This document shows, one piece after another, positions 24,677-34,880 of a DNA stretch of 64,000 bases. How positions within the stretch are numbered: position 1 is the stretch's first letter; each line of letters starts with the position of its first letter. Where the stretch lies: sequence record MT710307.1, one strand, 5' to 3'. The translations under genes and the position numbers were made by a program. The notes below the pieces were generated by a model. That model did no database searches, was not told the DNA's origin, and saw only the letters and a list, made by a program, of their open reading frames with translations.

Positions 24677-25829
24677 ATCCTCTGTGGCCCGTGCCATTGA
24701 GAAGATTTACAACGTCCCACCGAAACCACTGGATGTGAAGCGTATTTTAGCGTTGAGTGATTTGCACCTGTTGCATAAGCGGGTGCCGACATGGCACTTG
24801 GTTAACGTAACCAAAACACTCATCCTGAAAGCCGGAAATACCCTCGATGCCATTTATATAGCAGGCGACCTCTTTGAGGATTCGCGACAACTACGTCAGA
24901 CCGACTCCCAAGAAGCAATGGGGTTCCTGTCGTGGTTGTTACAGCACTGTAAAGCGAATGATATCGCTTTGCGTGTTGTCGAGGGGACACCATCGCACGA
25001 CCATGGTCAATCTAAGGTCATCGTGGAACTGAACGAAGCCATTGGCGCGGATGCGCTGTACTTAGATGGTATCGGTATCTTCTACGACCCGGCGATTCAG
25101 GCCACAGTGGGTTGGGTGCAAGACGAGTACAAAGACCGTATTGCTGCGAACACCGAAGCTGAGATGGCGGAGCTGATGGCAACCCGTGGACTGGAGAAGG
25201 TTGATTTCTTCTTCATGCACGGCTGCTTTACGTTCCAGCTGCCGGTGGAATCTCCCCGTTCGTTCAATGAAAGTTTTTGGATTCCACGAACGCGTCTCGG
25301 TATTTATATCGGACACGACCATCGTGAGAAGTTCTTCGACCTGATACGCGTTACGGGAAGCGTTGATAGGTTGTCACAAGGTGAGGAAGAAGATAAAGGG
25401 ATGACCCTTATCGATTTCACACCAACCTTAGCAAGGAACTATTTCCTTGTGAACACAGAAGCCTGTCCACAGCGCTCTGTGGCTGCAAGCTTAGACCATG
25501 AGGCGCAGTACGCCAAGTGTCTGGCTGCGTTGGAGTATATCGATACCCACGTCTCATCGGCAATCGGCCGGTTTAAAGTGGAATACTATCGAGACTCTCC
25601 TATCGAGGAGCACATCAACCGCTGGAAGCGTGAGTACCCATTCCACATCGAGGGAGTGCGTATTAACACCGACGAGGAAGAGAAGGCACTCGAAGCTGTG
25701 TTCTCCACAGAAACAGTTGCGGATGAACGCATCGGCCCCGACAATGTTGAGGCCGTGATGTTGAGCGGACTCGAAGGTCAGCAATATGACCTAGAGGTTG
25801 TATCCGACGTCATTAGGAGCATTGCATGA
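24660..25829 (+). CDS. SbcD/Mre11-like metallophosphoesterase nuclease (phiKZ gp65-like)
   Basis: All five calcineurin-like motifs: SDLH, GDLFE, GTPSHD, MHG, GHDH. Confidence 0.88.
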   Translation: MVKTSKSSVARAIEKIYNVPPKPLDVKRILALSDLHLLHKRVPTWHLVNVTKTLILKAGNTLDAIYIAGDLFEDSRQLRQTDSQEAMGFLSWLLQHCKANDIALRVVEGTPSHDHGQSKVIVELNEAIGADALYLDGIGIFYDPAIQATVGWVQDEYKDRIAANTEAEMAELMATRGLEKVDFFFMHGCFTFQLPVESPRSFNESFWIPRTRLGIYIGHDHREKFFDLIRVTGSVDRLSQGEEEDKGMTLIDFTPTLARNYFLVNTEACPQRSVAASLDHEAQYAKCLAALEYIDTHVSSAIGRFKVEYYRDSPIEEHINRWKREYPFHIEGVRINTDEEEKALEAVFSTETVADERIGPDNVEAVMLSGLEGQQYDLEVVSDVIRSIA

Positions 25830-26671
25830 GAACCCCAATAAGCGTTGATCGTGTATTTGGGAACTATCAGATGTCAATCGCCACTTCACTGGCGATGGAA
25901 GGTTTACTCCATACGGGCGGATATGCCGACTGGAAAGGCAAGCTGCCCATCCATGAGTATCAGGAAATTTATCTGAATCTCCGTACGTTGTTCCGTAATG
26001 CATTTTACGCATTCGAAGATAATCGTGAAAGATTAACTGCTGACGTTTTAAGAACTTGTGTCGAAGAAGATATAGAACAATTCACTGCCACCGCTGCGGC
26101 GGTGGCCCCCACGGTGGTATGTGTCCCTTATATCTGTCTGTACAAATCGGCCAATAAGCAGTTTCCTCTCGCGAAGTTCCGTAATGCGTTAGGTGGCGAC
26201 GAAACAATGACCCCGAATCAGGCGTTCTTCAATTCCGTTGAGCAGGATTTGTATCACATGCTCACGAATGAAGAGACGGGGATGGAAAACCTTCTGGCGT
26301 TTGATGTGTTTCCAAAGAACAACAAAGACACCTTGTTGTTAACGCACTACCCAGCCGATCTTATCCACAAAGAGCGGTTCCCGAAACTGGGCCTGCTCGA
26401 ATCCCACAGCGGGAAGGTAAAGAAACAACTGGAGTGGTACACGAAGATGTACAACAAGCCGAAGCAGATACCGTTTAACAAAGCGTTTCTGACTCTGTTT
26501 GGTGACCAGTACATGTTCGCACCACAAGACAGAAAGATTCGTAACGTGTTACTGAAAACAGCTGAGAAATACAACTGGGATCAGACCACATCGATGGACC
26601 GTATTTACAACTGCCTGAAGTTGGTCAACGAACCGCACGTTATTGATTACCTGCGCAAATTGAGCCACTAA
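25826..26671 (+). CDS. conserved protein, possible FEN/5'-nuclease-like fold (phiKZ gp66-like)
   Basis: SIATSLAMEG...LNLRTLFRNA; ATGA-coupled to the nuclease gene. Confidence 0.6.
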   Translation: MRTPISVDRVFGNYQMSIATSLAMEGLLHTGGYADWKGKLPIHEYQEIYLNLRTLFRNAFYAFEDNRERLTADVLRTCVEEDIEQFTATAAAVAPTVVCVPYICLYKSANKQFPLAKFRNALGGDETMTPNQAFFNSVEQDLYHMLTNEETGMENLLAFDVFPKNNKDTLLLTHYPADLIHKERFPKLGLLESHSGKVKKQLEWYTKMYNKPKQIPFNKAFLTLFGDQYMFAPQDRKIRNVLLKTAEKYNWDQTTSMDRIYNCLKLVNEPHVIDYLRKLSH

Positions 26672-26733
26672 CTTTTTACACCACTCGGGTATCCTTTGAG
26701 GATACCCAAACATTTTAATTGAAGGACGCCAAC

Positions 26734-27396
26734 ATGGCCATGATCAACAAAGAACTCTTTAACGACAAATGGTGCTACCCGCAGACCGAGCCTGATAATC
26801 AGGGCAACACACGTAAGCTGGGTATCGAGCCGAACTTCTTTAAAGACTCGCCCGATTGCGAAGGTCTGAAGTTCAGCTACTCGTTCGGTAAAGGTGAAGG
26901 CGTTTATTACAACCTCGGCCCGACCATGTGTCAGGTACTGGTTGATGCTCTGCAAGACATGCTGAAGAAGTCTGAGAAAGACGTTCTCAGTCTGCCATTC
27001 TCCGGCGGTAATAAAGGTACCATCACGCTGTCTGTCGGCCGTGGTGATGACCTGATCCCGTTCATGGCGATTGGTGGTGAAATCAATGGTCAGCGCCGCA
27101 CGAAGAAGTTCTTCTTCACCACACCGAAAGGTTACGGGATTGTGCGCAACGGCACGCCGGTGTCTGATCTCGAAAATGCGGAACGTATGTGTCGTGCCTT
27201 TATTGGTCGCTTCCATAAGTTCCAAGAGTGGCTGGATGATAGCTACAAGAAACGTGAATGGAATCAGAACGGCGGCGGTCGTCAGGGTAGCGGTGGTTAC
27301 AGTCGTCAAGGCGGTGGTAACAGTAACGGCTATCAAGGTGGCGGCAACCAGCAGTCTGCTCCGGCAGCAACGGACAATTTTGACGACTACGTTTAA
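26734..27396 (+). CDS. chmC: ChmC-like nucleic-acid-binding protein with a G/N/Q-rich disordered tail
   Basis: Position just upstream of the sigma-like subunit and PicA; tail GGGRQGSGGYSRQGGGNSNGYQGGGNQQ ending in acidic DNFDDYV. Confidence 0.6.
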   Translation: MAMINKELFNDKWCYPQTEPDNQGNTRKLGIEPNFFKDSPDCEGLKFSYSFGKGEGVYYNLGPTMCQVLVDALQDMLKKSEKDVLSLPFSGGNKGTITLSVGRGDDLIPFMAIGGEINGQRRTKKFFFTTPKGYGIVRNGTPVSDLENAERMCRAFIGRFHKFQEWLDDSYKKREWNQNGGGRQGSGGYSRQGGGNSNGYQGGGNQQSAPAATDNFDDYV

Positions 27397-27515
27397 CTAA
27401 AATAATGCCCACGGGACAACCCGTGGGCTTAGGATGATTATGTGTTCCGGTTGCATTCGATTCCTTTTTAGATAGATTTTATCGTCGTGCTAATAACAAT
27501 CGGGGTTTCGCGATA

Positions 27516-29141
27516 ATGAAAATTGTAAAGAACAAAGAGATTATTACTATCAGTCACAATGGGGAGGAAGTACGGTTTGACCAGATTCCGACCCAGCGTA
27601 AACGGCAGGGTCCCGAGCCGCGTGATAGTAAGGGTGTCGTGTTAACAGCAGACCGTTTGCTGTTCAGTGAACTGAATCGTTATTGGGGTACGCTGACTGA
27701 GGCGGAACAAGACGAGCTGTTCGGGGCTTATACGTTGTTGTCGGAATTAGCAGTAGAAGGCGATGAGGTTATAAGCGAGCATGCACCGAAGGTCATGGAA
27801 ATCATCGCGAAACACCACAAAGCCGAACGTTTCAGAGAGCTGTATCCGCTGAAGAACGTGTTCATCCCGCAGAAGCTGCATGCGTCGATTGCAGACATGT
27901 CACCGAACTACACGGAGTCCATGACGTACTTTGTCCCGGACTATTATCACCTGATGATTTTGACGTTGTTAATCAAACCGTTTATTCCGGTGTTTGCGGT
28001 GCTTGGGGCCTACGTGGCAGGTAAAGGTATCTCGCAGGAAGCTAAGCGTAAGGTTGTGTACAAAATCAACCTCGCGTTCGACCTGCTGTCCGATACAGAA
28101 ATCCGCCAGTCCGAAGCTGTTCAGAAGCTGGAGTTGTTCTTACCGAGTCTGGTAGAGAAGTTCCAGAAAGAGATGAGTAACCGTGGCTCAGGTACCAGCC
28201 TGTCAATCCTGTCATCCGTTATGGGTTACGGGTCTGACATGATGGATGAATACCTGTTGTCGTTGACGATTGTTCGTCTACTGGCACTGCGTCCGTGCTA
28301 TTGCGATTTCCCAGACGGGTCACTGGAAGACAGCTCTATCGTCTCCAGCATCTATTTCGGTATTCGCACCGAAGTGGAGTCCGGCTTTGCAAACCGCATC
28401 GCAGGTCAGCAGGTTATCTTGAAACAACATCCGACTGCCGTGGTGTTTAATGGGGAAAAGGGGAAGGTCAGTGCCATCGACTTAGTACAAGGTCGTAGCC
28501 CTGCACCAATAAAGGAATACGTGCGTCCGGGCATGACGTTTAAGGATTACCGCCGTTTCATCAAAACGTCCGGTTATGATATTGCGCCTGCCAATGCGAA
28601 GTGTCTGATTGATTCACAAATCGTCAATCACACGGGACCGACGTACGAACTGCATGAGTGGCTTACTGCCGCGGCACTGCATCGCTTTGCTGACCATCGG
28701 TCATTCAAAGATATCGATCCAGACAAGTTCCCGTATGGGGTTGGTCTTGCTCAGGCTATCTACCTGTACTACGGAATGCCGCAGTTAGCCCAACTGCTCA
28801 GCTGTGAAATGTTGCCGGGGAACATCAGTGGTTATCCGATCGAACCAATCGATAGCGAACTGAAAATATCTACAGATAGATATTATCCTCAGGCATACCG
28901 TTCACCCCGTAACGAATCACAGGAGAGTATCGTTCGCACATCGTTAGAGTTGTTGGTGCGTAATCACCTGAACCCGTATCACTTCCACCTCAAAGCCTCT
29001 CCAGAAGCCGCAGAGCTGTTGAAGTGTGAATCGGATATTCCGAACTATCGACCGCACGGTCGTATCCTCACGCAGTTAACTGAGTTCCTCGCGATTCAAG
29101 CTCGCCAGAAAGTCAGTGAAGTAAAATGGTTTAATTCATAA
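27516..29141 (+). CDS. non-virion RNA polymerase sigma-like subunit (phiKZ gp68-like)
   Basis: 541 aa, helical; syntenic position between chmC-like and picA-like genes. Confidence 0.7.
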   Translation: MKIVKNKEIITISHNGEEVRFDQIPTQRKRQGPEPRDSKGVVLTADRLLFSELNRYWGTLTEAEQDELFGAYTLLSELAVEGDEVISEHAPKVMEIIAKHHKAERFRELYPLKNVFIPQKLHASIADMSPNYTESMTYFVPDYYHLMILTLLIKPFIPVFAVLGAYVAGKGISQEAKRKVVYKINLAFDLLSDTEIRQSEAVQKLELFLPSLVEKFQKEMSNRGSGTSLSILSSVMGYGSDMMDEYLLSLTIVRLLALRPCYCDFPDGSLEDSSIVSSIYFGIRTEVESGFANRIAGQQVILKQHPTAVVFNGEKGKVSAIDLVQGRSPAPIKEYVRPGMTFKDYRRFIKTSGYDIAPANAKCLIDSQIVNHTGPTYELHEWLTAAALHRFADHRSFKDIDPDKFPYGVGLAQAIYLYYGMPQLAQLLSCEMLPGNISGYPIEPIDSELKISTDRYYPQAYRSPRNESQESIVRTSLELLVRNHLNPYHFHLKASPEAAELLKCESDIPNYRPHGRILTQLTEFLAIQARQKVSEVKWFNS

Positions 29142-29152
29142 GGAGAATCAAG

Positions 29153-30850
29153 ATGTTATTACGCGACTTACAGTTATTCCCAGTACGTGAAATCCCACAG
29201 CAGTACCGTCGTCGTATCGCGTTCAACGCCACGACCGGTGCATTAGGCGAGTTGTCTGAAATCATCGAAGAGAATGGCCAATCTGCTTCGGGTACGCAGG
29301 CGTACCAAGATTCACTCAGTAACATCGTGGGCTTTGATGGTACACCGGACGGTTTCGAACGTCCGCTGGTCAACATCTCCGGCGATGACAAAAAGATTCA
29401 ACCTTTCCAGTACGAAAACCGTGACACGGGGCTGTATAACTTCGTGGCCGTACTGGTGGCAAACCCGATTAACGACACCCGATCTCAGGAGCTGCGTTAC
29501 ATCGTAACCGGTTATACCTCACAGGCAGAACAGAGCCTGTTTGGTAACCTGCCGAATGACATGGTGCTGTACATCAACGAAATCTACGGGATGCAAACGG
29601 TCTATGACCGTACGCCTCTGGGTGAGCGGGTTATCAACCCGAACGGCTTTAAGATGGTGGATAACTTGGTGCTCTCGCGTGCTCTGGCAACGCAGGGTTA
29701 TCATGAGTCCAGCATCAATGCCATCACCATCAGCAAAACAGCTGACATGATTAAGAAGATGAACCTCAACCCGGATGAGAAGTTCATGCCGAACGAGGAT
29801 GAGATTTATGCACCTACCGCCACAGCAGCACCAACGCTGTTGGCAGGCCAGCTCAGCCAACCTGAGAACTTCGTGACCGCCATCTCGAACTCGTATCTCC
29901 GCACCATGGGGATGGACAACGAGCTGACGCAAGTCGAAAGCTTCTTTGAAGGTACCGGCGGTAGCAACGTTGAGAGTGATCTCAACTCACTGGGTGTGGT
30001 GCGTAACTTCTCGAACTACGACTTGATTAAAGCGTTTCGTCAAGCACTGACCAACTCACTGGGCAGTTCCGCTGACGGGTACAACGTTTCGTCAAAGGCG
30101 CAGTTCCGTCTGGGTGATCTCAAAGCCGCAGTGGCTAACCCGGATGAAATTGATCGCCAGATTGTGGCATCGCTTGATCTCGCCCGTAAGCTCGGTCTGG
30201 GTGAAATCGAACAGACTGACCAGTGGATTGGCCATAACGGTTATTCCACCATGGGCTCTCTGGTGTCGTACGAACTGGCCATGCAGTTGGGTGCGATTCT
30301 GTCGCGTAACCTTGTGAGCCGTGTGAGCTTTGACTTCGATAACCGTCACAGCGATTTCTTGACCCCAGCACAATTGACCGTTCACAGTGATTCTATTTAC
30401 TCACTGAGCGATCGCCAGTTACCGCGCATTCTGGCAGAACGCTTCGAACGTGATATTCATGCGATGTTTGTGAAGGTGACCAAGCACAACCATATCCGCT
30501 GCCATGTCCGTGTTCATGCTCTACTCGGTACGGTTACGCGTGTGGAAGTGCTCATGGACGGCGAGTCGTCCAAAGAGTTCTTCACGTACGCATCGTTCAT
30601 GTCTTCTCGTCTGCATAACGGTAACACCACCAGTCTCGCCTATACGGGCCGTCTGGCGAATGATACCTCGAAGCTGATGAAAGCCATCGAGACGGGTTTC
30701 CACGGTCACAGCACCGCCAGCAATCGCAGCAACATTATTACCTCCGCACCGTCATCACCAAATGCGTTCCGCACGGGGAACTCATTGTTAGATGATGATA
30801 CCCCGGCAGCAGGCGTTCGCCTTGGCACCGGCAACAGCCTGTTAGATTAA
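29153..30850 (+). CDS. picA: PicA/Imp1 nuclear protein-import factor (phiKZ gp69-like)
   Basis: 565 aa, TAAGGAG RBS, directly after the sigma-like subunit; QQYRRRIAFN N-terminus, LRYIVTGYT. Confidence 0.72.
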   Translation: MLLRDLQLFPVREIPQQYRRRIAFNATTGALGELSEIIEENGQSASGTQAYQDSLSNIVGFDGTPDGFERPLVNISGDDKKIQPFQYENRDTGLYNFVAVLVANPINDTRSQELRYIVTGYTSQAEQSLFGNLPNDMVLYINEIYGMQTVYDRTPLGERVINPNGFKMVDNLVLSRALATQGYHESSINAITISKTADMIKKMNLNPDEKFMPNEDEIYAPTATAAPTLLAGQLSQPENFVTAISNSYLRTMGMDNELTQVESFFEGTGGSNVESDLNSLGVVRNFSNYDLIKAFRQALTNSLGSSADGYNVSSKAQFRLGDLKAAVANPDEIDRQIVASLDLARKLGLGEIEQTDQWIGHNGYSTMGSLVSYELAMQLGAILSRNLVSRVSFDFDNRHSDFLTPAQLTVHSDSIYSLSDRQLPRILAERFERDIHAMFVKVTKHNHIRCHVRVHALLGTVTRVEVLMDGESSKEFFTYASFMSSRLHNGNTTSLAYTGRLANDTSKLMKAIETGFHGHSTASNRSNIITSAPSSPNAFRTGNSLLDDDTPAAGVRLGTGNSLLD

Positions 30851-30859
30851 GGATAAACA

Positions 30860-32230
30860 ATGCACATCATTAAGTTTTATCAATCCATGTTGGAATCGCT
30901 TGGGTTCAATCGTGACGGTGACCTGATGGTCTATGCGGACGATGGCACCCCAGCGTATTTCACGTACAACAAAGAGAAGCGCCGTCTGGTGCTTCCTACC
31001 AACGCCATGATTAAAGCGGGTATGGAAGATGCGAACGGCAAAGAATGCCACGCGTTCCATCCGCTGTGTGAATCTGTGCTGACCGGGGAATCGGGTACCA
31101 TCCGTTTCCTCAAACGTGCGATTCGCATGCGTCTGTGGATGAACAGCTTCGATCTCATCGATGCGATTCTCGACACGGCAGCAGAAGGCAAAACCATCAA
31201 GCAGGCGTCTTACAAGAAGTTCATGACCGATGTTATCTGTCAGGGCATCAAAGATCCGAAGCTTGACGATAAGCTGCGTTCGGCCTGGGTTACTCTGCGT
31301 AACCACATGATGGAAGTGGAGAACAAGAAGCAAACCAACTTGTTCATCGCCTCCGACATGTCTATCGAAGGTGTGAAGTATGTCCGTGTGGCAAACTTCA
31401 AACACATCTTTGAAGAAGAGTCGTACGACGACACCGCAACCTACTTCGGGGTGAAGTTACCGCGTAAGCAGGATAAGGTGATTCTGCATCGTCTGCTGAT
31501 GACTGTGTTCGGTTGGTATCCGAGCATGTGTGGTTCCAATGATAACCGTCCGTACTTCGGCTGTCTGGCACGCGGTTGGGCACAATGGGTCATGAACTAC
31601 AACAACGTAGTGAAAGCCCTGCGTGAACACTGTGCGCTGAAACCACTGAGCGATGAATGGATTGGCCAGCTGGATGAACTCCAGCAATACGACAACGTGA
31701 TTCAAACGCTGCCGTATAACACCGGTTCATCATCGAAAGACCCGGAACGTGATACCACCGCGCGTGAGTATAGCGTAACGCCAACCACCACGAGCCGTTC
31801 AGTTGATCTGTTAGCCTCCGAGCAGAACAAGCCTGAGCAAGGTAGTCTGGAAGCGTTCTTCGACAAAGCACTGCCGAAGACGGTTACATCTACCGGACTG
31901 GACATCAGCAAACTGACCCCTGCCCAGCAGAAGTCGTTGCGTGAGAACGGACACCTTAACGGTACGTCTGACCAGTCCATCGTGGGTAAATCTCTGTCTG
32001 AAGCCATGGGTCAAACACCACGTAACCCACTGGGCCTGACGTCTGAGATTGATCGCCGTAGTCTGTTGTCAACCAGCACAGCAAGTGGATTGTCCAGTAG
32101 CGGTAACTCGTTGCTGAATGATGCACCACCGCGTCTGGGTGGACTGGCGGGTCTGGGTGGCGAAACGTCAAGTGGTCCACGTCTGGGCGGTATCGATCCA
32201 ACGAAACCGAAAGACGGGTTCCACTGGTAA
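30860..32230 (+). CDS. conserved Chimalliviridae protein (phiKZ gp70-like) with a long disordered C-tail
   Basis: 456 aa; FHPLCESVLTGES conserved-looking block; S/G/L-rich tail. Confidence 0.7.
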   Translation: MHIIKFYQSMLESLGFNRDGDLMVYADDGTPAYFTYNKEKRRLVLPTNAMIKAGMEDANGKECHAFHPLCESVLTGESGTIRFLKRAIRMRLWMNSFDLIDAILDTAAEGKTIKQASYKKFMTDVICQGIKDPKLDDKLRSAWVTLRNHMMEVENKKQTNLFIASDMSIEGVKYVRVANFKHIFEEESYDDTATYFGVKLPRKQDKVILHRLLMTVFGWYPSMCGSNDNRPYFGCLARGWAQWVMNYNNVVKALREHCALKPLSDEWIGQLDELQQYDNVIQTLPYNTGSSSKDPERDTTAREYSVTPTTTSRSVDLLASEQNKPEQGSLEAFFDKALPKTVTSTGLDISKLTPAQQKSLRENGHLNGTSDQSIVGKSLSEAMGQTPRNPLGLTSEIDRRSLLSTSTASGLSSSGNSLLNDAPPRLGGLAGLGGETSSGPRLGGIDPTKPKDGFHW

Positions 32231-32271
32231 AAAAATAAAAGAAGGAAGGGACCGAAGTCCCTTCTTTTTTT
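32231..32271. terminator. bidirectional terminator
   Basis: GAAGGGAC-CGAA-GTCCCTTC with flanking A- and T-tracts between convergent genes. Confidence 0.85.
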
Positions 32272-32272
32272 G

Positions 32273-32596
32273 TCAGGTGGTAATGGTGTTCAATACGTTC
32301 TCCACAACCACCGGCGATGGGATACGTAACACCGGATATTTCTCCGGCGTGAAATCCATCGGGTTCGATATCCCATTAATGAGCATAATGGGGTAAACTT
32401 GATTATCCTGAATCTCGGCAAGTTTGCAGTATGCATAGAAGCTATGTATTTCTGGCCAAGCAAACTCCGCCTTTGTCGGGACATCCACAGTCTCTGGATG
32501 ATTCCGAAAGTATTCAGTGTAGTCTTGCATTAGTTTGCGACGTTGACTATCGAGCGAAGGTACAACTTCACCGAGAGTGATCGAGCTGATAAGCAT
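32273..32596 (-). CDS. small conserved hypothetical protein
   Basis: AAGGAG RBS before ATG 32596 (MLISSITLGE...), 107 aa; the listed 32273..32812 is an over-extension. Confidence 0.65.
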   Translation of the reverse strand: MLISSITLGEVVPSLDSQRRKLMQDYTEYFRNHPETVDVPTKAEFAWPEIHSFYAYCKLAEIQDNQVYPIMLINGISNPMDFTPEKYPVLRIPSPVVVENVLNTITT

Positions 32597-32624
32597 GAGG
32601 TCTCCTTGAAAAGATCTACGAATA

Positions 32625-32640
32625 TATATTATCTCGGTGA
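32625..32640 (+). promoter_or_regulatory. early promoter of the nvRNAP operon
   Basis: TATATTATC-TCG-GTGA. Confidence 0.7.
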
Positions 32641-32666
32641 AGTAACCAAGAAGGAGTATTAAAGTA

Positions 32667-34880
32667 ATGAGCATGCCCGTACAATTAGTCGGCACCCACG
32701 CCGACCGTGAGTATTTGATTCGTAACCAATCGGGTGCGCGTGCATCGATGGTAGGTGGCCATATGAAATCGGCTGCACCCATTGACCACCCAACCCCGAT
32801 GTTCCATTTCACGGGTGCGGATTCAAACTACCACGACGTCCTCTTCAATGACATCGTTGAAGATTCAGGTAGCGTTTGTATCTATAATGATAATGGCACA
32901 CACAAAAGAGCGGTGTTCACCCGCCACGCCCAAATCGGCAGTGGTTCTCCGCTAGAGCATGCAATTTTCTTTCGTCGTAGTGAAACCAGCCCAGGCATGC
33001 TGAATAAGCCTGTCATGGATGTTATTGAAATAAACCACTATACCTCGCATGATAATGTCTTCACATCTGAGAAGCGTATCACCGATAAACTTCGGGCGAT
33101 CTTACGTGGTGAAACCACAGTGTTGGAAAAGGATGAAATCCTGACCGAAATGAACTCCATGCTGAACGGGGAATTTGTTGACGGCGTTGCGCTGCCAACT
33201 GTGACCATGTCGCATCCGGATATCATTGAGGATTCCTACACGATCTCAAAAACCGCCGCCGCGCTAATGCATGCCTATGGTTTCAAAGAAATCTGGATAT
33301 CGTTACGCGAAGACGAGTTCTTGCTGGATACTTACGGTTACGACACACCCAACGGTCGTGTGCCGCAGTATTTCCCGAATGTGGGACAAGCAATCCGTGA
33401 TGATGGTTTGGTAATCGCCACGCGTCAATTCGACCCGTTGTACGCGGCTATCAATGCGTCTATCGGTGAGCTACAGCATGTCTCGCCACACTTTGACCAC
33501 TGTGAATACGTTGACGCTGATCCGAAGCACTATGAAAACCCAACGGATGAAAACGGTTCACGGGTGATTGACATTCAGGTGTGGCGTGATGACGTTAGCT
33601 TTAGCAATGGTAACAACAACATCAAAGCAACCGAAGAGAACAAACGCGTTCTTGACTCGTATGCTGTGGCGTTGAAAGACTACTACCGCGAAATCGTTCG
33701 CTTCTATTTCCTCGTGAAAGATGATGTGGTGTGGTCACCAAAAGCCTGTGAGTTCTTAGAGAAAGCGTTCGCCTCTGAAACTCACGAAGTGTATCAGGAA
33801 TTCCGCGAAGAGATTCGTGGTGTGGTTGAAGCAGCGGTACGTCGTGGTGAGTATAAGAAAGACACCATGGAAACCAAAATCATCAACCGCATCAACCGTC
33901 CAGTGGAACGTTCCCTGCGCGACCCTATCAACACGTACACCATTAAGCTTGTGGTGCGCTATCCGATCCCGGTCACTGTCTCGTCCAAGATTACGGACTT
34001 GTCAGGTACGAAAGGTATCGTTGGCGAAGTGAAAGAAGACGAAGACATGCCTCTCAACGAATTCGGACAACGTGTCCATTCAATTCGTTCGATGAATGCT
34101 GTGGTTCGTCGCTCAACGTATTCCGCTCTGTTCCACATGTATTGGTCAGCTGCCTCTGAACAACTCAAGATGCGCTTGAAGCCAATGCTGGATGCGGGCA
34201 AGGTGAATGAATCGTGGAATGTCCTGATGGACTATCTCGCACGGTACAATCCCGATTGGGCAAACTGTCTGAACGTGACGCACGATACGCATCAGAAACG
34301 ACTGGAACTCTTCAAAGAGATCTACGACTTCACGATTCGTATCTGGCTACCGCACGAGCTGGACAACACACCGATCGGTATCACCAAAGCGTTGGGTGAA
34401 TTTGCACCGAAGAAATCCCGTCTCCAGATCACCAACTACCAAGGTGAGAAGGAGTGGACGAAGAATGAATTCTACGTGGGCAATGTCATGACCTTGCGTC
34501 TTGACAAAACCGGCCGTGAATTCTCGTCTATCTCTTCGATGCACACGAACTATCTGGGCTGTATTGATGCATCAGGACAAGGGCGTGGGTCGTATCCCAT
34601 TAACTACAGTCCGAAGAAGTGGGGTGGTGAAGCAGAGCACCGACTGACCGATGGCTACGGCCAGGGTCTGTTCGATGAAGCGCATAACCGTTCCAACTGT
34701 CCAGATGTCCATCGTCAGATTGTTGAAGGGAAGTACGCCTCCGATACCCCAAGCAATCCGGGCGTGTTGGTTGACCGTGAACGTTACCCGCTGGGTGAAT
34801 CGCAAGTGGATAAGATGATTGACAACATACACCGCTGTGAAGGGTTTGTGTTAGTGCGCCCCACTCGGGAGGATAATTGA
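32667..34880 (+). CDS. non-virion RNA polymerase beta subunit, C-terminal part (phiKZ gp71-73-like)
   Basis: SSKITDLSGTKGIV (GDKxxxRxGxKG equivalent), KWGGEAE; uninterrupted. Confidence 0.88.
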   Translation: MSMPVQLVGTHADREYLIRNQSGARASMVGGHMKSAAPIDHPTPMFHFTGADSNYHDVLFNDIVEDSGSVCIYNDNGTHKRAVFTRHAQIGSGSPLEHAIFFRRSETSPGMLNKPVMDVIEINHYTSHDNVFTSEKRITDKLRAILRGETTVLEKDEILTEMNSMLNGEFVDGVALPTVTMSHPDIIEDSYTISKTAAALMHAYGFKEIWISLREDEFLLDTYGYDTPNGRVPQYFPNVGQAIRDDGLVIATRQFDPLYAAINASIGELQHVSPHFDHCEYVDADPKHYENPTDENGSRVIDIQVWRDDVSFSNGNNNIKATEENKRVLDSYAVALKDYYREIVRFYFLVKDDVVWSPKACEFLEKAFASETHEVYQEFREEIRGVVEAAVRRGEYKKDTMETKIINRINRPVERSLRDPINTYTIKLVVRYPIPVTVSSKITDLSGTKGIVGEVKEDEDMPLNEFGQRVHSIRSMNAVVRRSTYSALFHMYWSAASEQLKMRLKPMLDAGKVNESWNVLMDYLARYNPDWANCLNVTHDTHQKRLELFKEIYDFTIRIWLPHELDNTPIGITKALGEFAPKKSRLQITNYQGEKEWTKNEFYVGNVMTLRLDKTGREFSSISSMHTNYLGCIDASGQGRGSYPINYSPKKWGGEAEHRLTDGYGQGLFDEAHNRSNCPDVHRQIVEGKYASDTPSNPGVLVDRERYPLGESQVDKMIDNIHRCEGFVLVRPTREDN

